DNA from: Candidatus Spongiisociaceae bacterium
Lineage (GTDB): Bacteria; Actinomycetota; Acidimicrobiia; Spongiisociales; Spongiisociaceae
Assembly (NCBI GenBank): GCA_965262915.1
Contig: OZ253564.1
Location: 736,001-800,000, forward strand
Length of the DNA: 64,000 bases
Direction: 5' to 3'
The notes under the pieces: generated by a model
Told to the model about the DNA's origin: nothing
Databases searched by the model: none
The model's input: the letters and a program-made list of their open reading frames with translations, nothing else
In this document: positions 21,868-33,709 of the stretch, one piece after another
Layout of the letters: every line of letters begins with the position of its first letter
Position numbering within the stretch: the stretch's first letter is position 1
Program-made: the position numbers and the translations under genes

Positions 21868-23271
21868 ATGCGACCGGTGCTTACGGCTGAGCAGTCCCGC
21901 CGCCAGGATGCCGTCGCCCGGGTGGATCCGCGCACCTTGCTGGACCGGGCCGGCCTAGCAGTGGCGATGCAGGCGGTGAGGTTGGGAGCCGGCTACGGGT
22001 CCCGGGTGGCGGTGCTGGCCGGTCCGGGCAACAACGGGGGGGACGGTTACGTGGCCGGCCGCTACCTGGCCGGGCGGGGGGCGATGGTCGATGTCTACCC
22101 GCTCACCGCACCCAGGACCGGTCCTGCCCGGTGGGCGTACCGGCTGGCGCAGAACGAAGGGGTGGCAGTCCGGGAATGGCACGACCCGCGACCGGCTGAC
22201 CTGGTGATCGACGCCCTGTTCGGAGCAGGCTTCCGGGGAACGTTGCCCGACCTCTCCGCCTGGCAGGGAATCCCGGCATGTCTGGCCGTCGACGTTCCTT
22301 CCGGGCTGGACGCCACCACCGGTGAGGCAGGAGACGGCGTCCTGTCCGCCGATGCGACCGTGACGTTCCACGGATACCGGGTGGGTCACCTGGTCGGTTC
22401 CGGTCCCGACGTGTGCGGCGAGGTGACGGTGGCGGACATCGGTCTGCCCGACGTGGAGCCCGAGATGTGGCTCTGCGAAGAGGTGGACGCCCCACTCCCG
22501 GTGCGGGCCCGGACCGCCCACAAGTGGTCGGCCGGATCGGTACTCGTGGTCGGCGGTTCCGACGGTCTCGACGGAGCGGCCACCCTGACCGCCCGGGCGG
22601 CGTTGCGGGCCGGGGCGGGCGCGGTGATGATCGCCTGCCCGCCGACGGTCGAGGAGAAGGTGCGCTCGCCGGAGATCATGACCAGGGCCATCGGCACATC
22701 CCGGTCGTTGTCGCTTGGCGATGTCCCCCAATTACTCGAACTAGCCGGCCGCTTCGACGTGGTGATCATCGGACCCGGCCTCGGTTCGGCCGATGATCTG
22801 GGCGGTTTCGTCCGCGGGGTTCTCCGAGGCTGGAACGGTCCTATGGTGGCCGACGCTGACGCCCTCAACGCCCTGGACGGGCCGGAGGACCTCGTGAGGG
22901 AAGGTGAGACGATCATCACCCCCCACGCCGGCGAGTTCTTTCGCCTGACCGGACGGACCGCGGCCTACCAGGAGGCCATGCGGCTCGCCGAAAACTCGGG
23001 CGTGACCGTCCTGCTGAAGGGCGCCCCAACCTTCGTCATGGGAGCGCAGCGCTGGGTGGTCAACTCCGGAGGGCCCGAGCTGGCCACCATCGGGACCGGA
23101 GACGTGCTGGCAGGAATGATCGGAGCCTTCCGGGCCGTAGGTCTGGACGGTCCCACGGCGGCCCGCTCCGCGGCGTACTGGCACGGGCGGGCCGCCGCCG
23201 ACCTGCAACGCACCCGCACGGTGACCGCCGACCAACTGGTCGATCACCTCGCGCTGACCACACGCCGCTGA
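21868..23271 (+). CDS. nnr: Bifunctional NAD(P)H-hydrate epimerase/dehydratase
   Basis: GPGNNGGDG, DALFGAG, DVPSG, IGPGLG, DADALN, TPHAGEF, LATIGTGDVLAG. Confidence 0.95.
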   Translation: MRPVLTAEQSRRQDAVARVDPRTLLDRAGLAVAMQAVRLGAGYGSRVAVLAGPGNNGGDGYVAGRYLAGRGAMVDVYPLTAPRTGPARWAYRLAQNEGVAVREWHDPRPADLVIDALFGAGFRGTLPDLSAWQGIPACLAVDVPSGLDATTGEAGDGVLSADATVTFHGYRVGHLVGSGPDVCGEVTVADIGLPDVEPEMWLCEEVDAPLPVRARTAHKWSAGSVLVVGGSDGLDGAATLTARAALRAGAGAVMIACPPTVEEKVRSPEIMTRAIGTSRSLSLGDVPQLLELAGRFDVVIIGPGLGSADDLGGFVRGVLRGWNGPMVADADALNALDGPEDLVREGETIITPHAGEFFRLTGRTAAYQEAMRLAENSGVTVLLKGAPTFVMGAQRWVVNSGGPELATIGTGDVLAGMIGAFRAVGLDGPTAARSAAYWHGRAAADLQRTRTVTADQLVDHLALTTRR

Positions 23272-23746
23272 CCAACCCTGGCCACGCACCGTTGACCAAC
23301 TGTGACCTAACCGTTCACTGACTGTGCCTAAGCGCCGCCGTTGACCGGTACTCCCGGTATCCGGGACCACCCCATAGCAGGTACCGGACCCTCCAAGTCG
23401 CGAAAATCGCCCCGGCGCCGCTGACCCTGACGGGCCCTCCCTCCCCCGCCGCCACCACCTGAGACGGACCGGGCGAACGCGGGGCCGGAGCGTGGGCTCC
23501 GCAGCTCTCCGAGTATGCCCGGACCTTCCGGTCACCGTCTGCCTGAGGGCGGGCAAGGCCCATCGGCTCGGAGACCGGAACTCCGTTGATGATCGCCGCT
23601 TCCGGACCTGCGGCGATGTTTGTGCTCACGACACCTTCAATATGCCTGATGGCTGTGACAGTGACAACCCCCACGTTCCCTGGCCCGCGGGGGATTCGCC
23701 GCGCGGCAGTCATGCCGGGCGATCCCGCCTACCGGAGAGACCGCTG

Positions 23747-24040
23747 TCAGGCGATGCGGGTCATCCGCTTGATGACGACGCTTTCCAAGCGGTCCTCGAT
23801 GGCGGCGAGACCGTCCGCGATGTGGGGCTCGGCGAGGTGGGCATCGAGATCGGCTTCCCTCCGCCAGAGAGCCACGAAATAGAAGACGGTGGGATCGTCG
23901 TTGACCGCATGCAGCCGGTAGTCGAGGCAACCCTCCTCCTCACGGGTGGGCACCACCATGGCCATGAGGGCTTCGCGAACGGTCGCCTCCGATCCGGGCA
24001 CGACCCTTACCTGGGCGACGGCGGTGAGAGGCTCGGTCAT
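23747..24040 (-). CDS. Putative quinol monooxygenase (ABM domain)
   Basis: PTREEEGCLDYRLH..W...ADLDAHL. Confidence 0.9.
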   Translation of the reverse strand: MTEPLTAVAQVRVVPGSEATVREALMAMVVPTREEEGCLDYRLHAVNDDPTVFYFVALWRREADLDAHLAEPHIADGLAAIEDRLESVVIKRMTRIA

Positions 24041-24073
24041 GGGCGCAACTCTACCGCCCTGAGCAAACCGCTC

Positions 24074-24367
24074 TCAGGCGATGCGGGTCATCCTCTTGAT
24101 GTCGATACCCTCGATCCGATCCTCGACGCGGGCGATTGCGTCACGGACGTGGGCCGATTCCAGGTGGATGTCCAGATCCTCCCCGCTCCGCCACTGCTCC
24201 ACGAAGTAGAACAGCCCCGGGTCGTCATCGACCACATGCAGCTTGTACTCGATGCAGCCCTCCTCGTTGAGGGTGGGCGGGACGATGGCCGCCAACGCGT
24301 CGCGCACAGCGTCCTCCGCCCCCGGCGCGGCCCGGATCCAGGCAACAACGGTTAGTACGTCGGTCAT
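24074..24367 (-). CDS. Putative quinol monooxygenase (ABM domain), tandem paralog
   Basis: PTLNEEGCIEYKLH..EQWRSGEDLDIHL. Same IKRMTRIA tail as its neighbour. Confidence 0.9.
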   Translation of the reverse strand: MTDVLTVVAWIRAAPGAEDAVRDALAAIVPPTLNEEGCIEYKLHVVDDDPGLFYFVEQWRSGEDLDIHLESAHVRDAIARVEDRIEGIDIKRMTRIA

Positions 24368-24972
24368 GGGCGTAACTGTAGTGGCCCGAGGCGAAGCCGG
24401 TACCGCTTCGGCGTAAGTAGGCCGTACGTGAAACCCGGCCCAACAGGGCCGGGTGGGTAAACGTTCTCGGCGCTCTAGCACCGAGAACTAGCGCTTCCTC
24501 ATCCGCTAGCAGGTTGCCCATCCAGTGGCTGGATCTGCGGGTCGATCACCAACCGACCGGGTGCCGGGATTCCCCAGCAGCTTTGGGGAACTGAAGAACC
24601 CGACAATCCGTTCGCCGGCTGAAACAACCAGACCCGGGAGAACCAGCCACCAACACCGTGGGCCGAGCGGTCTCAGAACCACCGCCCAGCACGAACCGGC
24701 TACGACCATCACGATTCTCACCCCACCGTTTACGGCCGCTTGTGGACGCGTTCTCCTGTTATGCGAGGTAGATAGCGGTTTGTGAGGAAGCTAATCTTGG
24801 CCGGTGTCACTACAAGTGTCCTAGCGGTCAGCTTTACTATGCGTGCTCGGCTCAGATGTAATACGGTGATGGACGCCGCGCTGTTAGATCCTGGTCGGTG
24901 GCCACGAGCTTCGAGCGCTGAGATCGATTCCTGCAACCCGGTTAACACAGCCGGACAGGGCAGGTGTCCAGC

Positions 24973-25160
24973 CTATGGGGGAACTCCATCTTCGGGCGGG
25001 CGGTCATCTGGCCACCGAGAGCAGCCCGTGCGGCGGCTTCGGCGTCTACGGTGTCGGTCTTGCCCCGGAGGCGGCGTAGCTGGGCGGTTTGGGCGCATGA
25101 CCTCTACCACCTCGACACCGGCTGCGCTCAGATGACGAGCCAGGCTGGCAGCGCAGTCAA
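24973..25160 (-). pseudogene. IS110 transposase remnant
   Basis: LARHLSAAGVEVVEVMRPNR, then in a shifted frame GKTDTVDAEAAAR. Confidence 0.7.
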
Positions 25161-25364
25161 AGTCTGCGCTGCGGCGTCGACCGCGATGTAGTAACGCCGG
25201 AATGCTGCCCGGCCCCCCCGGCCGGGGTTCCCGAATGGGTCGCGACGGCGAGATGTACACGGCTGCTCACAAGTCAGGAAGGAGACGGACCGCGCCGGTG
25301 CTGGTTGGGGCTAGCAACCGCGTCGTACGGGGTGGTATTGTTCATGTATAGGGAGGATGATGTG

Positions 25365-25604
25365 ATGGGTACCGAGCTAGTTGGTCGAGAAACACCCTCT
25401 CCTGTTGTGACGATGTCCGAGGTTCAGGCGTGGTCGGCTCAAGGCAGGCGTAGACTCGCGGAGCGCGGTATCTACACCAGGGATCTCGGGAAACGGCTTC
25501 AGTGGAAACGCACCCGCGGGATCGATACATCCGCCGAAGAACGGTTCGTACGCTATCTTGATTCGGTTAGTGACGAAACAGGCGTAGCCGAACCTAGCGA
25601 TTGA
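25365..25604 (+). CDS. Small hypothetical protein, possible antitoxin partner
   Basis: GGAGG RBS. Its stop overlaps the start of the downstream nucleotidyltransferase-like gene. Confidence 0.5.
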   Translation: MGTELVGRETPSPVVTMSEVQAWSAQGRRRLAERGIYTRDLGKRLQWKRTRGIDTSAEERFVRYLDSVSDETGVAEPSD

Positions 25605-26184
25605 AGAGCCGCACAACCGCGCGGGACCTGCTGCTAAGGGCCGGCGGGGTATCACCTGGTAGCTTAGAGTACATAGCGCTCTACGCGGCAGCATTCGATA
25701 GCCTAACCGACTCCCCACTCGTACTAGTCGGTGGCGCGGCGCAGCCTCCCTTTATACCGGTATCGAGCGCCTTACCGATATAGATATGGTGGGGTGGGTC
25801 ACCCCGACGGACGCCGCAGCACTGGCATCTGCTGGATTCACGCGGGAGGGACGCCACTGGGTTTATGGAGAAACGACTCCAGAACTCCTAGTAGAAGTAC
25901 CAGAGACGACCCTGTTGGGCCACGATGAGCCCCTGTTATTCCGAACACCGTCCGGTGTAACCGTACGGGTCATCTCGCTTGACGACCTCATGCTGGACCG
26001 CCTCATGCAAGCCACAGATGGGACAGTCGTTACTTGGGAGGAAGCCCTATCGCTTGGTATAGCAGCGAAACACCGCATTAACTGGACGGTGCTACAAGCT
26101 AGATGCGACGCAGCGGCAGACGAAGACGCGTTCCTTCAGAGATTACCTGACGTGTTGAACCGGATCATCGATGACGTAGGCTAG
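25601..26184 (+). pseudogene. Nucleotidyltransferase-like protein (DUF6036-like), frameshifted at ~25745
   Basis: Joined frames read LVLVGGAA..LYTG...TDIDMVG..GFTREGRHW..VISLDDLMLDRL (GG...DxD signature). Confidence 0.6.
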
Positions 26185-27499
26185 CGTCGCTGTGGGGTCC
26201 AGACCTCTCCCGTATTCGTAGGCATCCGACCGCCCAGCGCAGCGTTCGGAGTCCTGGATAGGAGACTTCTCAGACAGCACCATCATCGCCGCGATGGTGC
26301 ACCGGCTCGTTCGCAGAAGCGTCGTGTTTACCACTGCGGCAACCCATACCTGGGCTTCGAGCTTGCCCGCTCGAAGGACCCTGGTCCGGGAAGCTGTGGG
26401 TTACCAGTCGTCCCCGGCGATGCATGACCGAGCAATTTCCGGCGGGGGTGTGCCGGAGTCGGGAAAACGGTCCGTAGGGATGGTATGCAGCTCGCACACC
26501 CCGACCTCGATGCTCGCCAACGTGGTGGCGTGCTCGGGGGCAGCCGGTCGGTGACCTCCCGCGCCGGGCGCGTCCCATAAGGCCCGGTCGTCCATTCCCA
26601 GGCACGTCAATGAAGCGTCATCGTGTACGTGCCGGGTTCCTTGTAGATGACCGCGCAGTCGTCGTCCTGGGGGTACACGGCATCCTCCTTGGCATGCACG
26701 ACAGGTCGGGAGTCCACGAAACGGATACCGGGCGCGGACACGCCCTTGTTTCCCACCCAACCCCGGTCGAGGCTCGCCTCCGCCGCCGCTATGTCGGCGT
26801 CCTCGGTCCAACAGGTGTGGGTGCTGCCGTTGCCGAGGTCGATCTCCATCCTGTCGACGGGAACAGCACGATGGCGGGCTCCCTGGCGGACGACCTTGTC
26901 CTCAAGCGGCGCGTCCACGGTCGGCCAGATAATGGGATACGTGACGGGATGGGATACGTGACGGGACTCCCAACAGGTTCGGCACCTTCCACGGTTTCGG
27001 CCTGACAGCCCGCCCAACTAGCGGACGGGAAGGGCGACTTGCCGGGTAGGCACAAATCTGGAATGTTCAGCAACCACACATATGTCGGGGCTCCGACCCA
27101 CAGGTACTCGCGTGGGGGATTCGTGCCGATGACCGGATCGAACGTCAACCAGTTCGGACCGGGTACATCCGGTGCCGGTCCCCGAGCGTACCAGCGGGCA
27201 CCTAGACCTATGCCCTAACCCGACGGGTTGTCCAGGTCGCCCTGATAGCTGAGGTCTCCGAGATGCGCGTCACTGATCGGCCCGGCAGCCGTAACAGACG
27301 CGGCCGTCACCGGCGAGTTCGATCGGTTCTGGCAGGCGGGTCATCAGGTCCTTGTTCCACCGTGCCATGTCACACGCTCCTTCGGTTAGAGCAAAGGGGT
27401 TGACCCGCTAGCAGCTGGGAATCGGTGTGAAGCCGAGCCCGGTGAACTGCCGGAGGTGTCATTCGTCGGGTGGTTTCGGGCCGGTTTTGAGGGCTACGA

Positions 27500-27870
27500 G
27501 ACCGAAGCGGCATCCCTTTGACGAGCTGTTGGGCTCCGACGCCTCGAACTTGTGCTGCTTGACATCGATCAGGTCCAACCGTCCCGACCAGCACTGCTGC
27601 GTTCTGCCCGCCGGGCCCGGGTCGTGGGTGTTCGGGGCAAGGGAAGAACCCAGCGCACAGTGTTCCTGTCCGTCGACGCCCGCCGTGCCCTGGCCGGCTA
27701 CCTGGAGGTGGAACGACCGTTCGACGCCACCGACGAGTCCACCGCGTTGTTCCTGTCCGCTGTTTCGGTGAGCAGCCGCCCCCCGACGGGCGGCTCTCCG
27801 GGCGCAGTGTCAACACCGTCCTCGAACGTATCGGCCGGCTCCACGACGCGGAACACACCGAACCCGTACG
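27500..27870 (+). pseudogene. Tyrosine recombinase remnant
   Basis: ELVLLDIDQV, VRGKGRTQRTVFL, ALFLS and, in a shifted frame, GRLSGRSVNTVL. Confidence 0.7.
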
Positions 27871-27872
27871 GT

Positions 27873-29033
27873 TCAACCTACGCGTGGTGGAGGGAACACA
27901 ACCCGGAAGCTGGGCAGTTCCCCGCGGATCGGAACCTGTCCCGTTATGACCTGTTCAAGATGTTCACCCTGGTCCGGAGCGAGGATCCCCGCTGGGCGGC
28001 GGTGGACACCAGGGTGGGCCGGGGTGTCATCTGTCGTTTCGACCGGACGACCAAGTCTTTTTACAAGCGCTGCAGCAGGGAAGGGACCAAGCCCGGATAT
28101 CCCCGTTTCAAGCCCCGACACCGGTGGAGGAGCATCGAGATAGTGAACGCCGGGGCCCAGATGCTCGTACCGCCGGGTCCCGGGGGTCGATGGTGGCGTC
28201 TGCGGGTCAAGGGAGTCCCCGCAGCCAGGTTCTGCGATGGCAACGGACGGCTGGCCGCCGCTCTCGATGCTGGCACGGTGGTGGAGCTGTGGGTGGTGCG
28301 CACCCCGTTGCGGGTGGAGTTGCATGTGGTGGTCGGACACGACGCGGATACCACTGTGGTGTCCGCTCCTCTGAACCCGGTGGGGATAGACAAGGGCCTG
28401 TCGACGCGGATGGCACTGTCCGACGGGCGGTACGTACCGGCGCGGACCATCGACAATCAGGTTGTCCGCCGGTACCAGCGTCGCCTGGCGCGAGCACAAC
28501 GGGGATCTCGGTCCCGGGCCAAGAAGCGGGCTGCTGTGGCCAGGGTCCGGCGCAGGGAAACCGAGAGAGCCCGGGCGGCGGACTTCCGCCTGGCCCACGA
28601 CCTCGTTACTTCCTTCGACGGCGTCGCCGTCGAGGACCTCAACATCGCGGGACTGCTCCGCTCCCGCAGATACTCCAAGAAGATGTCGGAACAGCGGTGG
28701 GGTACCTTCGACCTCGTACTGGGACACAAAGCCGAGAAAGCTGGTGTCCCGTATGTGAAGGTGAGCCCTTCCCATACCAGCACAGATTGCTCCCGATGCG
28801 GGCATCGCCAGCCGATGCCGCTCGGAACCAGAGTCTATCGGTGCGGGAGTTGCCGTCTCAGCCTGTGCAGGGACGTCAACGCCGCCAGGAACATATGCGC
28901 CCGGGCCTTCCCACAGGTCCGGGGTCGGGAGGGGCCACCACCTGACGCGGCGCGCTATACAAACAACCACCGTGAGACCGACTCGCCCCCTAGGGCAGGG
29001 ACGCAAGTGGTCGCCGCAGAACAGTATGCCTGA
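27873..29033 (+). CDS. tnpB: TnpB RNA-guided endonuclease (IS200/IS605-type), N-terminus missing
   Basis: PGYPRFK, VGIDKG (RuvC-I), VAVEDL (RuvC-II), TSTDCSRCG..CGSC zinc finger, RDVNAARNI (RuvC-III). Confidence 0.88.
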   Translation, partial: STYAWWREHNPEAGQFPADRNLSRYDLFKMFTLVRSEDPRWAAVDTRVGRGVICRFDRTTKSFYKRCSREGTKPGYPRFKPRHRWRSIEIVNAGAQMLVPPGPGGRWWRLRVKGVPAARFCDGNGRLAAALDAGTVVELWVVRTPLRVELHVVVGHDADTTVVSAPLNPVGIDKGLSTRMALSDGRYVPARTIDNQVVRRYQRRLARAQRGSRSRAKKRAAVARVRRRETERARAADFRLAHDLVTSFDGVAVEDLNIAGLLRSRRYSKKMSEQRWGTFDLVLGHKAEKAGVPYVKVSPSHTSTDCSRCGHRQPMPLGTRVYRCGSCRLSLCRDVNAARNICARAFPQVRGREGPPPDAARYTNNHRETDSPPRAGTQVVAAEQYA

Positions 29034-29494
29034 GCAGCCTGCATGGGCACTCAGTATAAAGGTCCCCTCGGCGTTTCACGCAGTTGCCCTCATTCCGTAG
29101 GAGTTGCATTGTCCCAGGTCACGGCGCTTTTGGCGGAATCTGGAGTGTCATGTTGTTTCAGTGGTGGTCGCGGAGTTGCAGTCGAAAAGGTATACCATTT
29201 GTGACACCAGTTGAAGGCGTGGGGCTGAGGGTCAACTGTCCCTTGGTGGGTCACCCTGGCGTTTCCCGTAGGAATGCTGCGGTTGTCCCAGCTTTGGCAG
29301 TCTTGGCTCGACCCGCCGGGTGGAGGCCCGCACCGTCACACACCTGTATTTGCTCGCCATGGTCTGACCATTGGATGGTACTGCCGAACTGCCTGCGACA
29401 TGAGATGCTTCCACGGTGGGCGGTCTCGGCCCGGTTGTTGCTGCGAGTTTGCTCGCTTCAACACGGTGCTGTCGGCTGCTGTGTGATATCCAGG

Positions 29495-30575
29495 TTATGG
29501 CAGGGGTGTGGAGTCGTCCTGCAGATACGTTGCCCATGCTGCCATGAGTTGGCGGCGTCGGTCGAATAGATCTGTGCGTAGGTATGCGGCTTCGACCTGG
29601 TTGCGGTTCTGGTGGGCCAGTGCAGCCTCGGCGACTGATCTGGGTGTGTCTGTGCATTCCTCTACCCAGACGCGAAAACTCGAACGGAAGCCGTGGGGCA
29701 CGCAGGAGATCCCGAGCCGGTGGAGTATTGCCCCGACGGTACTCTTGCCGATCTGACCGCCGCGCGCGCCTGGGAAGATCAGCCCGCTGCTGTTTCGGTA
29801 CTGGTGAGCTTCGTGCAGGATTGCAATGGCGCGTGTCGCCAGTGGCACACGGTGTTCCCGGCTCTTTTTCGTCCTCTTGGCCGGAATCGTCCAAGTCGCC
29901 TTCTCGAAGTCTATTTCGAGCCATTGCGCGAGCCTGGCTTCTGTGGGTCTCGTTGCGGTGAGTATCTGGTATTCGAGTAGCAGGATGCTGGTCGGGTAGG
30001 CACTCGACCAGCGTACCTGCTGGAGGGCTGCCGCGACCTGATCATGGGGCAGCGCCGGGTGATGCCGAGACCCACTGCTGTGCTTGGGCAGCGCGGCGGT
30101 GATGGCCTCCCCGGCCGGGTTGTCGGGCCGATGCCCCGCGGCTATCGCCCACAGCATTATCGCCGAGATTTCCCGTTTCACTGTCTGAGCAGTGGGGTTC
30201 TTTTCGTGCCATATTGGAGTTAGGAGGCCCATGACGTCAGCGGTGGTGATTCGGTCTACCCGTTTGCTGCCCAGCGTCGGGTACGCGTAGTTCTTGAGGG
30301 TGGATCTCCACCTGTGTTCCGTCTTGCTACCGGGTTTCCAGCCTTTGGAGTACAGCTGGATAACTTTCTCGGCCGCCTCAGCGAAGGTCGGCACCCCGCC
30401 GCCCCGGGGATCTTGTCCCTGTTCTGCCAGCCGACGATTGTTGAATGCCTTTCGTCGGGCTTCGGAGAGTTTGACCAATGGATAGCTTCCGAGGCCGATG
30501 TTGGTGAGGCGGCCGCCAATCCGGATTCGCTGAATCCACGACTTTCGTACTCCAACGTTTCGCCCATTAGCGTGC
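29495..30575 (-). CDS. P4-like tyrosine integrase with a degraded arm-binding N-terminus
   Basis: KSWIQR..GLGSYP.VKLSEAR, LTATRPTE, HGFRSSFR, LAH, AY.R catalytic motifs. Confidence 0.88.
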
Positions 30576-33387
30576 CCGACCTACTGTGCGTATCCGATAG
30601 AGAGTGCCCGCCCCTAGGCATATTCTACCCGAAAGGACGCTGCTGTGTAGCGTTCCTGCCATGCGTTGAACTCGACGACCTGCACGCAGAAGCGGGTACG
30701 TCAGGTACGGGGTTAAGCCTGGCAGAAGACATCGGCGTTGGTAACTCCCCTCGTCGCGACTGGGCTGTGCGAGACTACTGGATGTCGTCTGGAGACGAGG
30801 GTCAGGCCCGGCTAAGCCGTTCGATTCTCAGTCAGCGAGAAGAGGAGACAGATTCCGGCTGAGGAGGTGACAGACTCCCGGGACCCCTACCATTACCCCT
30901 GGTCAGGGGTGGTCGCGAAGACCCCGCCCTCGACGCGGTGCTGTTCCTAGCCCACCGCAGGTCGATGGTCGACATCATCCAGGCCGTCGGACGGGTCATG
31001 CGAACCGCCGCGGGGAAAGAACGCGGTTACATCATCCTGCCCGAAGGGAAAACCCGTATCGACGACGCCGTTCTGCGCAGCCCAAGGTTCAAGCCGGTCT
31101 GGGACGTGATCCGGGCGTTACGAGCCCACGACAAACGGATGGACGTGTGCGTCAACACCGCCGACAAAGGCGGCAAACCACCCATAAACGTTATAGGCGG
31201 CGCCGACGGCGACGACACCGACAACACGGATGACGGTAGGGGGTTGGACACTGCCACCGTTGTGCAGATGACCCTCCCCATGAACTCCGAAATCGCGTCG
31301 GCGCTGGTCGAAATCTGCGGGGACCGCACGTATTGGGCGACTTGGGGAGACGACGTAGGAGAAGTCACCCGAACCGTCTCAGCCCGCATCAGCCGACTCA
31401 TCGGATCCCGGCCGCACACTGCGGAAGCGTTCGGACGGTTCCTCACAGAGATGCGTCAGACGATCAACGAACACCTACAAGAAGCCGACCTCGTCGACAT
31501 GTTGGCCTGCCACATAGTCACGCTGCCCGTGTTCAACGCCCTGTTCGGCTCCGCCGCGTTCGCTTCCCTCAACCCGGTTGTTGCTGCGTTGAACCAGATG
31601 GTGGACACGCTGGACCGGGACCACATCCGAGCCGACACCGCCCGCCTCGACCGCCTATACGACAGCGTGACCGAACGGGTCCGCCAGGTCACCGACCCCG
31701 AAGGCCGCCTCAAAATCCTGCTCGAACTGTACGAATCGTTCTTCGCGAAAGGCATGAAACGGGAAACCGACCGGCTCGGCGTCGCCTACACCCCCATCGA
31801 GCTGGTGGACTATGTTCTCCGATCAGCCGACCGGCTCTCCCAGCACCACTTCGGCAAGGGCCTATCAGACCCCGACGTTCATGTGTTGGACCCGTTCACC
31901 GGAACCGGCACCTTCATCAACCGGCTACTCACCATCAACGACAGCAACGGCCGGCCGCTTATCACAGACGAAGACCTGGACCGCAAATACACAGCCGAGA
32001 TACACGCCAACGAAATGCTGCTGTTGGCCTACTCCATCGCCGCCGTCAAAATCGAAGAAGGACGGCGCCAACGCCGACCCACAGCGACTACCAGCCATTC
32101 GCAGGCATCGTCCTGTGCGACACGTTCAACAGCCAACCCGACCAGCAACAGCTCGACACCCTGTCAGGCAACAGCCGACGGGCCGAACAACAAGCCGGCC
32201 AACGCATCGACGTCATAGTCGGGAACCCGCCCTGGTCCGCAGGACAGAGAACCGCCGCCGAGGACAACCCCAACATCGTGTACCCACAACTGCGGGAACG
32301 CATCCGCGAACCCTACGCGGCGCGCAGCACCGTTACGTTGAAGGCGGCCTTGTACGATTCGTACAAGCTGGCGATCCGGTGGGCCACCGACCGCATCGGC
32401 GACCAAGGCATCGTCGCGTTCGTCACCCCCAACTCGGTGCTCGACGGCAACGCCGAATCCGGGCTCAGAGCCTGCCTAGCCGACGAATACCACAGCCTGT
32501 ACCTACTCAACCTACGCGGCGACGCCCGCCTCTCCGGCGAAGCCAGGAGGCGGGAAAAGGGCAACGTCTTCGGCAGCAGCACGAGGGTGGGCATACTCGT
32601 ATCCGTACTGGTCAAACACCCCCACCAGCCACATCCCGACCGCCAGACCCGCATCTGGTACCACAACATCGGCGACTACCTCACCACAGACCAGAAAAAA
32701 CAGGCCCTCCAAGACATGGGGCATGCGCCGACGAGCGGCGACGGGGAAGGCTGGCAACGGATCAAACCCGACAGCAACCACGACTGGATCAACCAATCCG
32801 ACCCCACCTGGCAACACCTAATGCCCCTCGGGGACAAGACCACCAAACAGGCAGCCCTGCGCGGGTCGGCTGGATCGGGCGCTGACTCCCCGACTGTGTT
32901 CCACATCTACTCGTCCGGCCTCAAGACCAATCGCGACCCATATGTGTACGACTACGACAAGGACGGTCTGGAAGAACGGGCCGAAGCAATGGTCGACGAA
33001 TACGAACACCAACGCGACCGTGTGAGCACCGGGGAGGCGACGGTCGACCAAGCCACCCGAAACGTCAGACCACATGTCATCAAATGGACGGGTGACCTGC
33101 GACCACGGCTACGACGCGGCCTGCGCGCCACCTACGACGAACGGAACATTCGGGAAGTCCACTACCGGCCGTTCACCAAGATGTGGCTCTACTACGAACC
33201 GCTGTTCCTCAACAGGGTCTACCGCATCCCCATCATGTTCCCTCACCGTCCCGACGGCGCGAACCAGGCGATAGTCGTAGCGGGGAGGGGATCGACCCGT
33301 GAGTTCTCGACGGTGGTGACGGACACAGCACCGGACCTGGAGCTGGTGTCCAAAGGTCAGGTGATGCCAAGAACCACCCATCATAAT

Positions 33388-33439
33388 CCGACCGACCGAC
33401 CGACCGACCGACCGACCGACCGACCGACCGACCGACCGA
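33388..33439 (+). repeat. (CCGA)13 simple sequence repeat inside the type ISP TRD
   Basis: 52 nt, 13 perfect units. Confidence 0.97.
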
Positions 33440-33569
33440 TCAGGTCATCTACATCACCGGGCCGGGAGCATCGGTCGGGTTCTCAACACTCGTCAGCGAC
33501 TGTCCCCCGGACCTGCATCTGCTGTCAGGCGGACAAGCGTTCCCCCGATACACCCACCCGACCGGATGA
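33438..33569 (+). other. Alternative TRD cassette 2
   Basis: DQVIYITGPGASVGFSTLVSDCPPDLHLLSGGQAFPRYTHPTG*, paralogous to the in-frame segment at 33262-33378. Confidence 0.85.
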
Positions 33570-33709
33570 ATCAGGTGATCAGCATGACCGGACCAGGCTG
33601 GAAAGGCCCCTTCTCGACGCTGATAAGCGACATCCCTCCGGACATCCAGTTCATGGGCAACGGTCAGGCGTTCCCCCGGTACACGTATCCGAAGGAGACC
33701 AGCCGATGA
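33566..33709 (+). CDS. Alternative TRD cassette 3 (47-aa mini-ORF)
   Basis: MNQVISMTGPGWKGPFSTLISDIPPDIQFMGNGQAFPRYTYPKETSR*, with ATGA overlaps at both ends. Confidence 0.8.
   Translation: MNQVISMTGPGWKGPFSTLISDIPPDIQFMGNGQAFPRYTYPKETSR

Noticed and set aside
26270-27150. Short ORFs and a 17-nt tandem duplication (~26934-26966)
   Set aside because: Looks like a fragmented remnant of an unidentified gene. No function can be supported.
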